Assembly: GCA_964016885.1 (NCBI GenBank)
Contig: CAXHJY010000096.1
Span: forward strand, 1,674,001 to 1,738,000
Length of the DNA stretch: 64,000 bases
Reading direction: 5' to 3'
Source of the DNA: Eledone cirrhosa
Taxonomy: Eukaryota
Position 1 is the stretch's first letter. Each line of letters opens with the position of its first letter. A program made the translations under genes and the position numbers. This document shows, in pieces, positions 37,665-52,300 of the stretch. The notes under the pieces were generated by a model. The model did no database searches. It was not told the origin of the DNA and saw only the letters and a list, made by a program, of their open reading frames with translations.

Positions 37665-40600
37665 TCAAGGGGAGATAATTTCCAGCCGTCCAAGGGAAGA
37701 TAATTTCCAGCCCTCCAAGGGGCTATAATTTCCAGCGTCCAAGGGGAGATAATTTCCAGCCAGCGAAGGGGAGATAATTTTTTTTAAAAAATCATTGGGA
37801 GATTTGTAAAAAAAATCAGGGGGAGATAATTTGTAAAAAAAATCAAGGGGAGATAATTTCCAGCCGTCCAAGGGGAGGTAATATCTAGCCGTCCAAGGGG
37901 AGATAATTTCCAGCCGTCCAAGGGGAGATAATTTCCAGCCGTCCAAGGGTAGATAATATCCAGCCGTCCAAGGACATATTTTCCAGCCGTCCAAGGAGAG
38001 GTAATTTCTAGCCGTCCAAGGGGAGATAAATTCCAGCCTCCAAGGTGAGATAATTTCCAGCCAGCCAAGGGGAGATAATTTGTAAAAAAATCAGGGGGAG
38101 ATAATTTGTAAAAAAAATCAGGGGGAGATAATTTGTAAAAAAAAATCAGGGGGAGATAATTTGTAAAAAAAAATCAGGGGGAGATAATTTGTAAAAAAAA
38201 ATCAGGGGGAGATAATTTGTAAAAAAATCAAGGGGAGATAATTTGTAAAAAGAATCAGGGGGAGATAATTTGTAAAAAAAAATCAGGGGTAGATAAATTG
38301 TAAAAAAAAATCAGGGGGAGATAATTTGTAAAAAAAATCAGGGGGAGATAATTTGTAAAAAAAATGAAAGGGGAGATAATATCCAGCCGTCCAAGGGGAG
38401 ATAATTTCCAGCCGTCCAAGGGGAGATAATTTCCAGCCGTCCAAGGGGAGATAATTTCCATCCTTCCAAGGGGATATAATTTCCAGCCGTCCAAGGGGAG
38501 ATAATTTCCCGCCAGCCAAGGGAAGATAATTTTTAAAAAAATCAGGCGGAGATTGTAAAAAAATCAGGGGGGAGATAATTTGTAAAAAAATCAGGGAAGA
38601 TAATTTGTAAAAAAAAATCAGGGGGAGATAATTTGTAAAAAATAATCAGGGGGAGATAATTTGTAAAAAAAAATCAAGGGGAGATAATTTCCAGCCGTCC
38701 AAGGGGAGATAATTTCCCGCCAGCCAAGGGAAGATAATATTTAAAAAAATTAGGCGGAGATAATTTGTAAAAAAAATCAGGGGGAGATAATTTGTAAAAA
38801 AATCAGGGGGAGATAATTTGTAAAAAAAATCAGGGGGAGATAATTTGTAAAAAAATTCATGGGGAGATAATTTGTAAAAAAAAATCAGGGGTAGATAATT
38901 TGTAAAAAAAAATCAGGGGGAGATAATTTGTAAAAAAAAATCAGGGGGAGATAATTTGTAAAAAAAATCAAGGGGAGATAATTTCCAGCCGTCCAAGGGG
39001 AGATAATTTTCAGCCGTCCAAGGAGAGGTAATTTCTAGCCGTCCAAGGGGAGATAATTTCCAGCCGTCCAAGGGGAGGTAATTTCCAGCCGTCCAAGGGG
39101 AGATAATTTAAAAAAAAAAATCAGGCGGAGATAATTTGTAAAAAAAATCAAGGGGAGATAATTTGCAGCCGTCCAAGGGGAGATAATTTTCAGTCGTCCA
39201 AGGAGAGGTAATTTCTAGCCGTCCAAGGGGAGATAATTGCCAGCCGTCCAAGGGGAGATAATTTCCAGCCGTCCAAGGGGAGATAATTTTTTTTAAAAAA
39301 TCAGGCGGAGATAATTTGTAAAAAAAATCAGGGGGAGATAATTTGTAAACAAAATCAGGGGGAGATAATTTGTAAAAAAAAATCAGGGGGAGATAATTTG
39401 TAAAAAAAATCATGGAGAGATAATTTCCAGCCGTCCAAGGTGAGATAATTTCCAGCCGTCCAAGGAGACATATTTTCCAGCCGTCCAAGGCGAGGTAATT
39501 TCTAGCCGTCCAAGGGGAGATAAATTCCAGCCTCCAAGGGGAGATAATTTCCAGCCAGCCAAGTGGAGATAATTTGTAAAAAAATCAGGGGGAGATAATT
39601 TGTAAAAAATATCAGGGAGATAATTTGTAAAAAAAAATCAGGGGGAGATAATTTGTAAAAAAAATCAGGGGGAGATAATTTGTAAAAAAAAATCAGGGGG
39701 AGATAATTTGTAAAAAAAATCAAGGGGAGATAATTTCCAGCCGTCCAAGGGGAGATAATTTTCAGCCGTCCAAGGGGAGATAATTTCCCGCCAGCCAAGG
39801 GAAGATAATATTTAAAAAAATCAGGCGGAGATAATTTGTAAAAAAAATCAGGGGGAGATAATTTGTAAAAAAATCAGGGGGAGATAATTTGTAAAAAAAA
39901 AATCAGGGGGAGATAATTTGTAAAAAAAATCAGGGGGAGATAATTTGTAAAAAACATCAAGGGGAGCTAATTTCCAGCCGTCCAAGGGGAGATAATTTTC
40001 AGCCGTCCAAGGGGAGATAATTTGTAAAAAAAATCAAGGGGAGATAATTTCCAGCCGTCCAAGGGGAGATAATTTCCCGCCAGCCAAGGGAAGATAATAT
40101 TTAAAAAAATCAGGCGGAGATAATTTGTAAAAAAAATCAGGGGGAGATAATTTGTAAAAAAATCAGGGGGAGATAATTTGTAAAAAAAAAATCAGGGGGA
40201 GATAATTTGTAAAAAAAATCAGGGGGAGATAATTTGTAAAAAAAAATCAGGGGTAGATAAATTGTAAAAAAAAATCAGGGGGAGATAATTTGTAAAAAAA
40301 ATCAGGGGGAGATAATTTGTAAAAAAAATGAAAGGGGAGATAATATCCAGCCGTCCAAGGGGAGATAATTTCCAGCCGTCCAAGGGGAGATAATTTCCAG
40401 CCGTCCAAGGGGAGATAATTTCCATCCTTCCAAGGGGATATAATTTCCAGCCGTCCAAGGGGAGATAATTTCCCGCCAGCCAAGGGAAGATAATTTTTAA
40501 AAAAATCAGGCGGAGATTGTAAAAAAAATCAGGGGGGAGATAATTTGTAAAAAAATCAGGGGGAGATAATTTGTAAAAAAAAATCAGGGGGAGATAATTT

Positions 40601-43600
40601 GTAAAAAATAATCAGGGGGAGATAATTTGTAAAAAAAAATCAAGGGGAGATAATTTCCAGCCGTCCAAGGGGAGGTAATATCTAGCCGTCCAAGGGGAGA
40701 TAATTTCCAGCCGTCCAACGGGAGATAATTTCCAGCCGTCCATGGGTAGATAATATCCAGCCGCCCAAGGACATATTTTCCAGCCGTCCAAGGAGAGGTA
40801 ATTTCTAGCCGTCCAAGGGGAGATAATTACAGCCGTCCAAGGGTAGATAATATCCAGCCGTCCAAGGACATATTTTCCAGCCGTCCAAGGAGAGGTAATT
40901 TCTAGCCGTCCAAGGGGAGATAAATTCCAGCCTCCAAGGGGAGATAATTTCCAGCCAGCCAAGGGGAGATAATTTGTAAAAAAATCAGGGGGAGATAATT
41001 TGTAAAAAAAATCAGGGGGAGATAATTTGTAAAAAAAAATCAGGGGGAGATAATTTGTAAAAAAAAATCAGGGGGAGATAATTTGCAAAAAAAATCAGGG
41101 GGAGATAATTTGTAAAAAAAAATCAGGGGTAGATAATTTGTAAAAAAAAATCAGGGGGAGATAATTTGTAAAAAAAAATCAGGGGGAGATAATTTGTAAA
41201 AAAAATCAAGGGGAGATAATTTCCAGCCGTCCAAGGGAAGATAATTTCCAGCCCTCCAAGGGGCTATAATTTCCAGCGTCCAAGGGGAGATAATTTCCAG
41301 CCAGCGAAGGGGAGATAATTTTTTTTAAAAAATCATTGGGAGATTTGTAAAAAAAATCAGGGGGAGATAATTTGTAAAAAAAATCAAGGGGAGATAATTT
41401 CCAGCCGTCCAAGGGGAGGTAATATCTAGCCGTCCAAGGGGAGATAATTTCCAGCCGTCCAACGGGAGATAATTTCCAGCCGTCCATGGGTAGATAATAT
41501 CCAGCCGCCCAAGGACATATTTTCCAGCCGTCCAAGGAGAGGTAATTTCTAGCCGTCCAAGGGGAGATAATTTCCAGCCGTCCAAGGGTAGATAATATCC
41601 AGCCGTCCAAGGACATATTTTCCAGCCGTCCAAGGAGAGGTAATTTCTAGCCGTCCAAGGGGAGATAAATTCCAGCCTCCAAGGGGAGATAATTTCCAGC
41701 CAGCCAAGGGGAGATAATTTGTAAAAAAATCAGGGGGAGATAATTTGTAAAAAAAATCAGGGGGAGATAATTTGTAAAAAAAAATCAGGGGGAGATAATT
41801 TGTAAAAAAAAATCAGGGGGAGAAAATTTGCAAAAAAAATCAGGGAGAGATAATTTGTAAAAAAAAATCAGGGGTAGATAATTTGTAAAAAAAAATCAGG
41901 GGGAGATAATTTGTAAAAAAAAATCAGGGGGAGATAATTTGTAAAAAAAATCAAGGGGAGATAATTTCCAGCCGTCCAAGGAGAGATAATTTTAAAAAAA
42001 ATCAGGCGGAGATAATTTGTAAAAAAAAATCAGGGGGAGATAATTTGTAAAAAAAATCAGGGGGAGATAATTTGTAAAAAAAAATCAGGGGTAGATAATT
42101 TGTAAAAAAAAATCAGGGGGAGATAATTTGTAAAAAAAAATCAGGGGGAGATAATTTGTAAAAAAAATCAAGGGGAGATAATTTCCAGCCGTCCAAGGAG
42201 AGATAATTTAAAAAAAAATCAGGGGGAGATAATTTGTAAAAAAAATCAAGGGGAGATAATTTCCAGCCGTCCAAGGGGAGATAATTTTCAGCCGTCCAAG
42301 GGGAGATAATTTCCCGCCAGCCAAGGGAAGATAATATTCAAAAAAATCAGGCGGAGATAATTTGTAAAAAAAATCAGGGGGAGATAATTTGTAAAAAAAT
42401 CAGGGGGAGATAATTTGTAAAAAAAAAATCAGGGGGAGATAATTTGTAAAAAAAATCAGGGGGAGATAATTTGTAAAAAAAAATCAGGGGTAGATAATTT
42501 GTAAAAAAAAATCAGGGGGAGATAATTTGTAAAAAAAAATCAGGGGGAGATAATTTGTAAAAAAAATGAAAGGGGAGATAATATCCAGCCGTCCAAGGGG
42601 AGATAATTTCCAGCCGTCCAAGGGGAGATAATTTCCAGCCGTCCAAGGGGAGATAATTTCCATCCTTCCAAGGGGATATAATTTCCAGCCGTCCAAGGGG
42701 AGATAATTTCCATCCTTCCAAGGGGATATAATTTCCAGCCGTCCAAGGGGAGATAATTTTCAGCCGTCCAAGGAGAGGTAATTTCTAGCCGTCCAAGGAG
42801 AGATAATTTCCAGCCGTCCAAGGGGAGATAATTTCCAGCCGTCCAAGGGGAGATAATTTCCAGCCGTCCAAGGAGACATATTTTCCAGCCGTCCAAGGAG
42901 AGGTAATTCCTAGCCGTCCAAGGGGAGATAAATTCCAGCCTCCAAGGGGAGATAATTTCCAGCCAGCCAAGGGGAGATAATTTGTAAAAAAAATCAGGGG
43001 GAGATAATTTGTAAAAAAAATCAGGGGGAGATAATTTGTAAAGAAATCAGGGGGAGATAATTTGTAAAAAAAATCAGGGGGAGATAATTTGTAAAAAAAA
43101 TCAGGGGGAGATAATTTGTAAAAAAAAATCAGGGGGAGATAATTTGTAAAAAAAATCAAGGGGAGATAATTTCCAGCCGTCCAAGGGAAGATAATTTCCA
43201 GCCCTCCAAGGGGCTATAATTTCCAGCGTCCAAGGGGAGATAATTTCCAGCCAGCGAAGGGGAGATAATTTTTTTAAAAAAATCATTGGGAGATTTGTAA
43301 AAAAATCAGGGGGAGATAATTTGTAAAAAAAATCAAGGGGAGATAATTTCCAGCCGTCCAAGGGGAGGTAATATCTAGCCGTCCAAGGGGTGATAATTTC
43401 CAGCCGTCCAAGGGGAGATAATTTCCAGCCGTCCAAGGGTAGATAATATCCAGCCGTCCAAGGACATATTTTCCAGCCGTCCAAGGAGAGGTAATTTCTA
43501 GCCGTCCAAGGGGAGATAAATTCCAGCCTCCAAGGTGAGATAATTTCCAGCCAGCCAAGGAGAGATAATTTGTAAAAAAATCAGGGGGAGATAATTTGTA

Positions 43601-46365
43601 AAAAAAATCAGGGGGAGATAATTTGTAAAAAAAAATCAGGGGGAGATAATTTGTAAAAAAAATCAAGGGGAGATAATTTCCAGCCGTCCAAGGGGAGATA
43701 ATTTTCAGCCGTCCAAGGGGAGATAATTTCCCGCCAGCCAAGGGAAGATAATATTTAAAAAAATCAGGCGGAGATAATTTGTAAAAAAAATCAGGGGGAG
43801 ATAATTTGTAAAAAAATCAGGGGGAGATAATTTGTAAAAAAAAAATCAGGGGGAGATAATTTGTAAAAAAAATCAGGGGGAGATAATTTGTAAAAAAAAA
43901 TCAGGGGTAGATGAATTGTAAAAAAAAATCAGGGGGAGATAATTTGTAAAAAAAATCAGGGGGAGATAATTTGTAAAAAAAATGAAAGGGGAGATAATAT
44001 CCAGCCGTCCAAGGGGAGATAATTTCCAGCCGTCCAAGGGGAGATAATTTCCAGCCGTCCAAGGGGAGATAATTTCCATCCTTCCAAGGGGATATAATTT
44101 CCAGCCGTCCAAGGGGAGATAATTTCCCGCCAGCCAAGGGAAGATAATATTTAAAAAAATTAGGCGGAGATAATTTGTAAAAAAAATCAGGGGGAGATAA
44201 TTTGTAAAAAATCAGGGGGAGATAATTTGTAAAAAAAATCAGGGGGAGATAATTTGTAAAAAAAATCATGGGGAGATAATTTGTAAAAAAAAATCAGGGG
44301 TAGATAATTTGTAAAAAAAAATCAGGGGGAGATAATTTGTAAAAAAAAATCAGGGGGAGATAATTTGTAAAAAAAATCAAGGGGAGATAATTTCCAGCCG
44401 TCCAAGGGGAGATAATTTTCAGCCGTCCAAGGAGAGGTAATTTCTAGCCGTCCAAGGGGAGATAATTTCCAGCCGTCCAAGGGGAGGTAATTTCCAGCCG
44501 TCCAAGGGGAGATAATTTTAAAAAAAAAATCAGGCGGAGATAATTTGTAAAAAAAATCAAGGGGAGATAATTTGCAGCCGTCCAAGGGGAGATAATTTTC
44601 AGTCGTCCAAGGAGAGGTAATTTCTAGCCGTCCAAGGGGAGATAATTGCCAGCCGTCCAAGGGGAGATAATTTCCAGCCGTCCAAGGGGAGATAATTTTT
44701 TTTAAAAAATCAGGCGGACATAATTTGTAAAAAAAATCAGGGGGAGATAATTTGTAAACAAAATCAGGGGGAGATAATTTGTAAAAAAAAATCAGGGGTA
44801 GATAATTTGTAAAAAAAAATCAGGGGGAGATAATTTGTAAAAAAAAATCAGGGGGAGATAATTTGTAAAAAAAATCAAGGGGAGATAATTTCCAGCCGTC
44901 CAAGGGGAGATAATTTTCAGCCGTCCAAGGAGAGGTAATTTCTAGCCGTCCAAGGGGAGATAATTTCCAGCCGTCCAAGGGGAGGTAATTTCCAGCCGTC
45001 CAAGGGGAGATAATTTAAAAAAAAAAATCAGGCGGAGATAATTTGTAAAAAAAATCAAGGGGAGATAATTTGCAGCCGTCCAAGGGGAGATAATTTTCAG
45101 TCGTCCAAGGAGAGGTAATTTCTAGCCGTCCAAGGGGAGATAATTGCCAGCCGTCCAAGGGGAGATAATTTCCAGCCTTCCAAGGAGACATATTTTCCAG
45201 CCGTCCAAGGCGAGGTAATTTCTAGCCGTCCAAGGGGAGATAAATTCCAGCCTCCAAGGGGAGATAATTTCCAGCCAGCCAAGTGGAGATAATTTGTAAA
45301 AAAATCAGGGGGAGATAATTTGTAAAAAATATCAGGGAGATAATTTGTAAAAAAAAATCAGGGGGAGATAATTTGTAAAAAAAATCAGGGGGAGATAATT
45401 TGTAAAAAAAAATCAGGGGGAGATAATTTGTAAAAAAAATCAAGGGGAGATAATTTCCAGCCGTCCAAGGGGAGATAATTTTCAGCCGTCCAAGGGGAGA
45501 TAATTTCCCGCCAGCCAAGGGAAGATAATATTTAAAAAAATCAGGCGGAGATAATTTGTAAAAAAAATCAGGGGGAGATAATTTGTAAAAAAATCAGGGG
45601 GAGATAATTTGTAAAAAAAAAATCAGGGGGAGATAATTTGTAAAAAAAATCAGGGGGAGATAATTTGTAAAAAAAAATCAGGGGTAGATAATTTGTAAAC
45701 AAATATCAGGGGGAGATAATTTGTAAAAAAAAATCAGGGGGAGATAATTTGTAAAAAAAATGAAAGGGGAGATAATATCCAGCCGTCCAAGGGGAGATAA
45801 TTTCCAGCCGTCCAAGGGGATATAATTTCCAGCCGTCCAAGGGGAGATAATTTCCATCCTTCCAAGGGGATATAATTTCCAGCCGTCCAAGGGGAGATAA
45901 TTTCCCGCCAGCCAAGGGAAGATAATTTTTAAAAAAATCAGGCGGAGATTGTAAAAAAAATCAGGGGGGAGATAATTTGTAAAAAAATCAGGGGGAGATA
46001 ATTTGTAAAAAAAAATCAGGGGGAGATAATTTGTAAAAAATAATCAGGGGGAGATAATTTGTAAAAAAAAATCAAGGGGAGATAATTTCCAGCCGTCCAA
46101 GGGGAGATAATTTCCCGCCAGCCAAGGGAAGATAATATTTAAAAAAATTAGGCGGAGATAATTTGTAAAAAAAATCAGGGGGAGATAATTTGTAAAAAAA
46201 TCAGGGGGAGATAATTTGTAAAAAAAATCAGGGGGAGATAATTTGTAAAAAAATTCATGGGGAGATAATTTGTAAAAAAAAATCAGGGGTAGATAATTTG
46301 TAAAAAAAAATCAGGGGGAGATAATTTGTAAAAAAAAATCAGGGGGAGATAATTTGTAAAAAAAA
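37665..46365 (+). repeat. 8.7 kb tandem duplication, copy 1
   Basis: Constant ORF offset 8701 from 37665/46366 to 44322/53023, then 8888. Private variants are shared only by the pair: ACATCAAGGGGAGCTAA near 39954/48655 and GATGAATTG near 43910/52611. Confidence 0.93.
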
Positions 46366-49300
46366 TCAAGGGGAGATAATTTCCAGCCGTCCAAGGGAAG
46401 ATAATTTCCAGCCCTCCAAGGGGCTATAATTTCCAGCGTCCAAGGGGAGATAATTTCCAGCCAGCGAAGGGGAGATAATTTTTTTTAAAAAATCATTGGG
46501 AGATTTGTAAAAAAAATCAGGGGGAGATAATTTGTAAAAAAAATCAAGGGGAGATAATTTCCAGCCGTCCAAGGGGAGGTAATATCTAGCCGTCCAAGGG
46601 GAGATAATTTCCAGCCGTCCAAGGGGAGATAATTTCCAGCCGTCCAAGGGTAGATAATATCCAGCCGTCCAAGGACATATTTTCCAGCCGTCCAAGGAGA
46701 GGTAATTTCTAGCCGTCCAAGGGGAGATAAATTCCAGCCTCCAAGGTGAGATAATTTCCAGCCAGCCAAGGGGAGATAATTTGTAAAAAAATCAGGGGGA
46801 GATAATTTGTAAAAAAAATCAGGGGGAGATAATTTGTAAAAAAAAATCAGGGGGAGATAATTTGTAAAAAAAAATCAGGGGGAGATAATTTGTAAAAAAA
46901 AATCAGGGGGAGATAATTTGTAAAAAAATCAAGGGGAGATAATTTGTAAAAAGAATCAGGGGGAGATAATTTGTAAAAAAAAATCAGGGGTAGATAAATT
47001 GTAAAAAAAAATCAGGGGGAGATAATTTGTAAAAAAAATCAGGGGGAGATAATTTGTAAAAAAATGAAAGGGGAGATAATATCCAGCCGTCCAAGGGGAG
47101 ATAATTTCCAGCCGTCCAAGGGGAGATAATTTCCAGCCGTCCAAGGGGAGATAATTTCCATCCTTCCAAGGGGATATAATTTCCAGCCGTCCAAGGGGAG
47201 ATAATTTCCCGCCAGCCAAGGGAAGATAATTTTTAAAAAAATCAGGCGGAGATTGTAAAAAAATCAGGGGGGAGATAATTTGTAAAAAAATCAGGGGAAG
47301 ATAATTTGTAAAAAAAAATCAGGGGGAGATAATTTGTAAAAAATAATCAGGGGGAGATAATTTGTAAAAAAAAATCAAGGGGAGATAATTTCCAGCCGTC
47401 CAAGGGGAGATAATTTCCCGCCAGCCAAGGGAAGATAATATTTAAAAAAATTAGGCGGAGATAATTTGTAAAAAAAATCAGGGGGAGATAATTTGTAAAA
47501 AAATCAGGGGGAGATAATTTGTAAAAAAAATCAGGGGGAGATAATTTGTAAAAAAATTCATGGGGAGATAATTTGTAAAAAAAAATCAGGGGTAGATAAT
47601 TTGTAAAAAAAAATCAGGGGGAGATAATTTGTAAAAAAAAATCAGGGGGAGATAATTTGTAAAAAAAATCAAGGGGAGATAATTTCCAGCCGTCCAAGGG
47701 GAGATAATTTTCAGCCGTCCAAGGAGAGGTAATTTCTAGCCGTCCAAGGGGAGATAATTTCCAGCCGTCCAAGGGGAGGTAATTTCCAGCCGTCCAAGGG
47801 GAGATAATTTAAAAAAAAAAATCAGGCGGAGATAATTTGTAAAAAAAATCAAGGGGAGATAATTTGCAGCCGTCCAAGGGGAGATAATTTTCAGTCGTCC
47901 AAGGAGAGGTAATTTCTAGCCGTCCAAGGGGAGATAATTGCCAGCCGTCCAAGGGGAGATAATTTCCAGCCGTCCAAGGGGAGATAATTTTTTTTAAAAA
48001 ATCAGGCGGAGATAATTTGTAAAAAAAATCAGGGGGAGATAATTTGTAAACAAAATCAGGGGGAGATAATTTGTAAAAAAAAATCAGGGGGAGATAATTT
48101 GTAAAAAAAATCATGGAGAGATAATTTCCAGCCGTCCAAGGTGAGATAATTTCCAGCCGTCCAAGGAGACATATTTTCCAGCCGTCCAAGGCGAGGTAAT
48201 TTCTAGCCGTCCAAGGGGAGATAAATTCCAGCCTCCAAGGGGAGATAATTTCCAGCCAGCCAAGTGGAGATAATTTGTAAAAAAATCAGGGGGAGATAAT
48301 TTGTAAAAAATATCAGGGAGATAATTTGTAAAAAAAAATCAGGGGGAGATAATTTGTAAAAAAAATCAGGGGGAGATAATTTGTAAAAAAAAATCAGGGG
48401 GAGATAATTTGTAAAAAAAATCAAGGGGAGATAATTTCCAGCCGTCCAAGGGGAGATAATTTTCAGCCGTCCAAGGGGAGATAATTTCCCGCCAGCCAAG
48501 GGAAGATAATATTTAAAAAAATCAGGCGGAGATAATTTGTAAAAAAAATCAGGGGGAGATAATTTGTAAAAAAATCAGGGGGAGATAATTTGTAAAAAAA
48601 AAATCAGGGGGAGATAATTTGTAAAAAAAATCAGGGGGAGATAATTTGTAAAAAACATCAAGGGGAGCTAATTTCCAGCCGTCCAAGGGGAGATAATTTT
48701 CAGCCGTCCAAGGGGAGATAATTTGTAAAAAAAATCAAGGGGAGATAATTTCCAGCCGTCCAAGGGGAGATAATTTCCCGCCAGCCAAGGGAAGATAATA
48801 TTTAAAAAAATCAGGCGGAGATAATTTGTAAAAAAAATCAGGGGGAGATAATTTGTAAAAAAATCAGGGGGAGATAATTTGTAAAAAAAAAATCAGGGGG
48901 AGATAATTTGTAAAAAAAATCAGGGGGAGATAATTTGTAAAAAAAAATCAGGGGTAGATAAATTGTAAAAAAAAATCAGGGGGAGATAATTTGTAAAAAA
49001 AATCAGGGGGAGATAATTTGTAAAAAAAATGAAAGGGGAGATAATATCCAGCCGTCCAAGGGGAGATAATTTCCAGCCGTCCAAGGGGAGATAATTTCCA
49101 GCCGTCCAAGGGGAGATAATTTCCATCCTTCCAAGGGGATATAATTTCCAGCCGTCCAAGGGGAGATAATTTCCCGCCAGCCAAGGGAAGATAATTTTTA
49201 AAAAAATCAGGCGGAGATTGTAAAAAAAATCAGGGGGGAGATAATTTGTAAAAAAATCAGGGGGAGATAATTTGTAAAAAAAAATCAGGGGGAGATAATT

Positions 49301-52300
49301 TGTAAAAAATAATCAGGGGGAGATAATTTGTAAAAAAAAATCAAGGGGAGATAATTTCCAGCCGTCCAAGGGGAGGTAATATCTAGCCGTCCAAGGGGAG
49401 ATAATTTCCAGCCGTCCAACGGGAGATAATTTCCAGCCGTCCATGGGTAGATAATATCCAGCCGCCCAAGGACATATTTTCCAGCCGTCCAAGGAGAGGT
49501 AATTTCTAGCCGTCCAAGGGGAGATAATTACAGCCGTCCAAGGGTAGATAATATCCAGCCGTCCAAGGACATATTTTCCAGCCGTCCAAGGAGAGGTAAT
49601 TTCTAGCCGTCCAAGGGGAGATAAATTCCAGCCTCCAAGGGGAGATAATTTCCAGCCAGCCAAGGGGAGATAATTTGTAAAAAAATCAGGGGGAGATAAT
49701 TTGTAAAAAAAATCAGGGGGAGATAATTTGTAAAAAAAAATCAGGGGGAGATAATTTGTAAAAAAAAATCAGGGGGAGATAATTTGCAAAAAAAATCAGG
49801 GGGAGATAATTTGTAAAAAAAAATCAGGGGTAGATAATTTGTAAAAAAAAATCAGGGGGAGATAATTTGTAAAAAAAAATCAGGGGGAGATAATTTGTAA
49901 AAAAAATCAAGGGGAGATAATTTCCAGCCGTCCAAGGGAAGATAATTTCCAGCCCTCCAAGGGGCTATAATTTCCAGCGTCCAAGGGGAGATAATTTCCA
50001 GCCAGCGAAGGGGAGATAATTTTTTTTAAAAAATCATTGGGAGATTTGTAAAAAAAATCAGGGGGAGATAATTTGTAAAAAAAATCAAGGGGAGATAATT
50101 TCCAGCCGTCCAAGGGGAGGTAATATCTAGCCGTCCAAGGGGAGATAATTTCCAGCCGTCCAACGGGAGATAATTTCCAGCCGTCCATGGGTAGATAATA
50201 TCCAGCCGCCCAAGGACATATTTTCCAGCCGTCCAAGGAGAGGTAATTTCTAGCCGTCCAAGGGGAGATAATTTCCAGCCGTCCAAGGGTAGATAATATC
50301 CAGCCGTCCAAGGACATATTTTCCAGCCGTCCAAGGAGAGGTAATTTCTAGCCGTCCAAGGGGAGATAAATTCCAGCCTCCAAGGGGAGATAATTTCCAG
50401 CCAGCCAAGGGGAGATAATTTGTAAAAAAATCAGGGGGAGATAATTTGTAAAAAAAATCAGGGGGAGATAATTTGTAAAAAAAAATCAGGGGGAGATAAT
50501 TTGTAAAAAAAAATCAGGGGGAGAAAATTTGCAAAAAAAATCAGGGAGAGATAATTTGTAAAAAAAAATCAGGGGTAGATAATTTGTAAAAAAAAATCAG
50601 GGGGAGATAATTTGTAAAAAAAAATCAGGGGGAGATAATTTGTAAAAAAAATCAAGGGGAGATAATTTCCAGCCGTCCAAGGAGAGATAATTTTAAAAAA
50701 AATCAGGCGGAGATAATTTGTAAAAAAAAATCAGGGGGAGATAATTTGTAAAAAAAATCAGGGGGAGATAATTTGTAAAAAAAAATCAGGGGTAGATAAT
50801 TTGTAAAAAAAAATCAGGGGGAGATAATTTGTAAAAAAAAATCAGGGGGAGATAATTTGTAAAAAAAATCAAGGGGAGATAATTTCCAGCCGTCCAAGGA
50901 GAGATAATTTAAAAAAAAATCAGGGGGAGATAATTTGTAAAAAAAATCAAGGGGAGATAATTTCCAGCCGTCCAAGGGGAGATAATTTTCAGCCGTCCAA
51001 GGGGAGATAATTTCCCGCCAGCCAAGGGAAGATAATATTCAAAAAAATCAGGCGGAGATAATTTGTAAAAAAAATCAGGGGGAGATAATTTGTAAAAAAA
51101 TCAGGGGGAGATAATTTGTAAAAAAAAAATCAGGGGGAGATAATTTGTAAAAAAAATCAGGGGGAGATAATTTGTAAAAAAAAATCAGGGGTAGATAATT
51201 TGTAAAAAAAAATCAGGGGGAGATAATTTGTAAAAAAAAATCAGGGGGAGATAATTTGTAAAAAAAATGAAAGGGGAGATAATATCCAGCCGTCCAAGGG
51301 GAGATAATTTCCAGCCGTCCAAGGGGAGATAATTTCCAGCCGTCCAAGGGGAGATAATTTCCATCCTTCCAAGGGGATATAATTTCCAGCCGTCCAAGGG
51401 GAGATAATTTCCATCCTTCCAAGGGGATATAATTTCCAGCCGTCCAAGGGGAGATAATTTTCAGCCGTCCAAGGAGAGGTAATTTCTAGCCGTCCAAGGA
51501 GAGATAATTTCCAGCCGTCCAAGGGGAGATAATTTCCAGCCGTCCAAGGGGAGATAATTTCCAGCCGTCCAAGGAGACATATTTTCCAGCCGTCCAAGGA
51601 GAGGTAATTCCTAGCCGTCCAAGGGGAGATAAATTCCAGCCTCCAAGGGGAGATAATTTCCAGCCAGCCAAGGGGAGATAATTTGTAAAAAAAATCAGGG
51701 GGAGATAATTTGTAAAAAAAATCAGGGGGAGATAATTTGTAAAGAAATCAGGGGGAGATAATTTGTAAAAAAAATCAGGGGGAGATAATTTGTAAAAAAA
51801 ATCAGGGGGAGATAATTTGTAAAAAAAAATCAGGGGGAGATAATTTGTAAAAAAAATCAAGGGGAGATAATTTCCAGCCGTCCAAGGGAAGATAATTTCC
51901 AGCCCTCCAAGGGGCTATAATTTCCAGCGTCCAAGGGGAGATAATTTCCAGCCAGCGAAGGGGAGATAATTTTTTTAAAAAAATCATTGGGAGATTTGTA
52001 AAAAAATCAGGGGGAGATAATTTGTAAAAAAAATCAAGGGGAGATAATTTCCAGCCGTCCAAGGGGAGGTAATATCTAGCCGTCCAAGGGGTGATAATTT
52101 CCAGCCGTCCAAGGGGAGATAATTTCCAGCCGTCCAAGGGTAGATAATATCCAGCCGTCCAAGGACATATTTTCCAGCCGTCCAAGGAGAGGTAATTTCT
52201 AGCCGTCCAAGGGGAGATAAATTCCAGCCTCCAAGGTGAGATAATTTCCAGCCAGCCAAGGAGAGATAATTTGTAAAAAAATCAGGGGGAGATAATTTGT

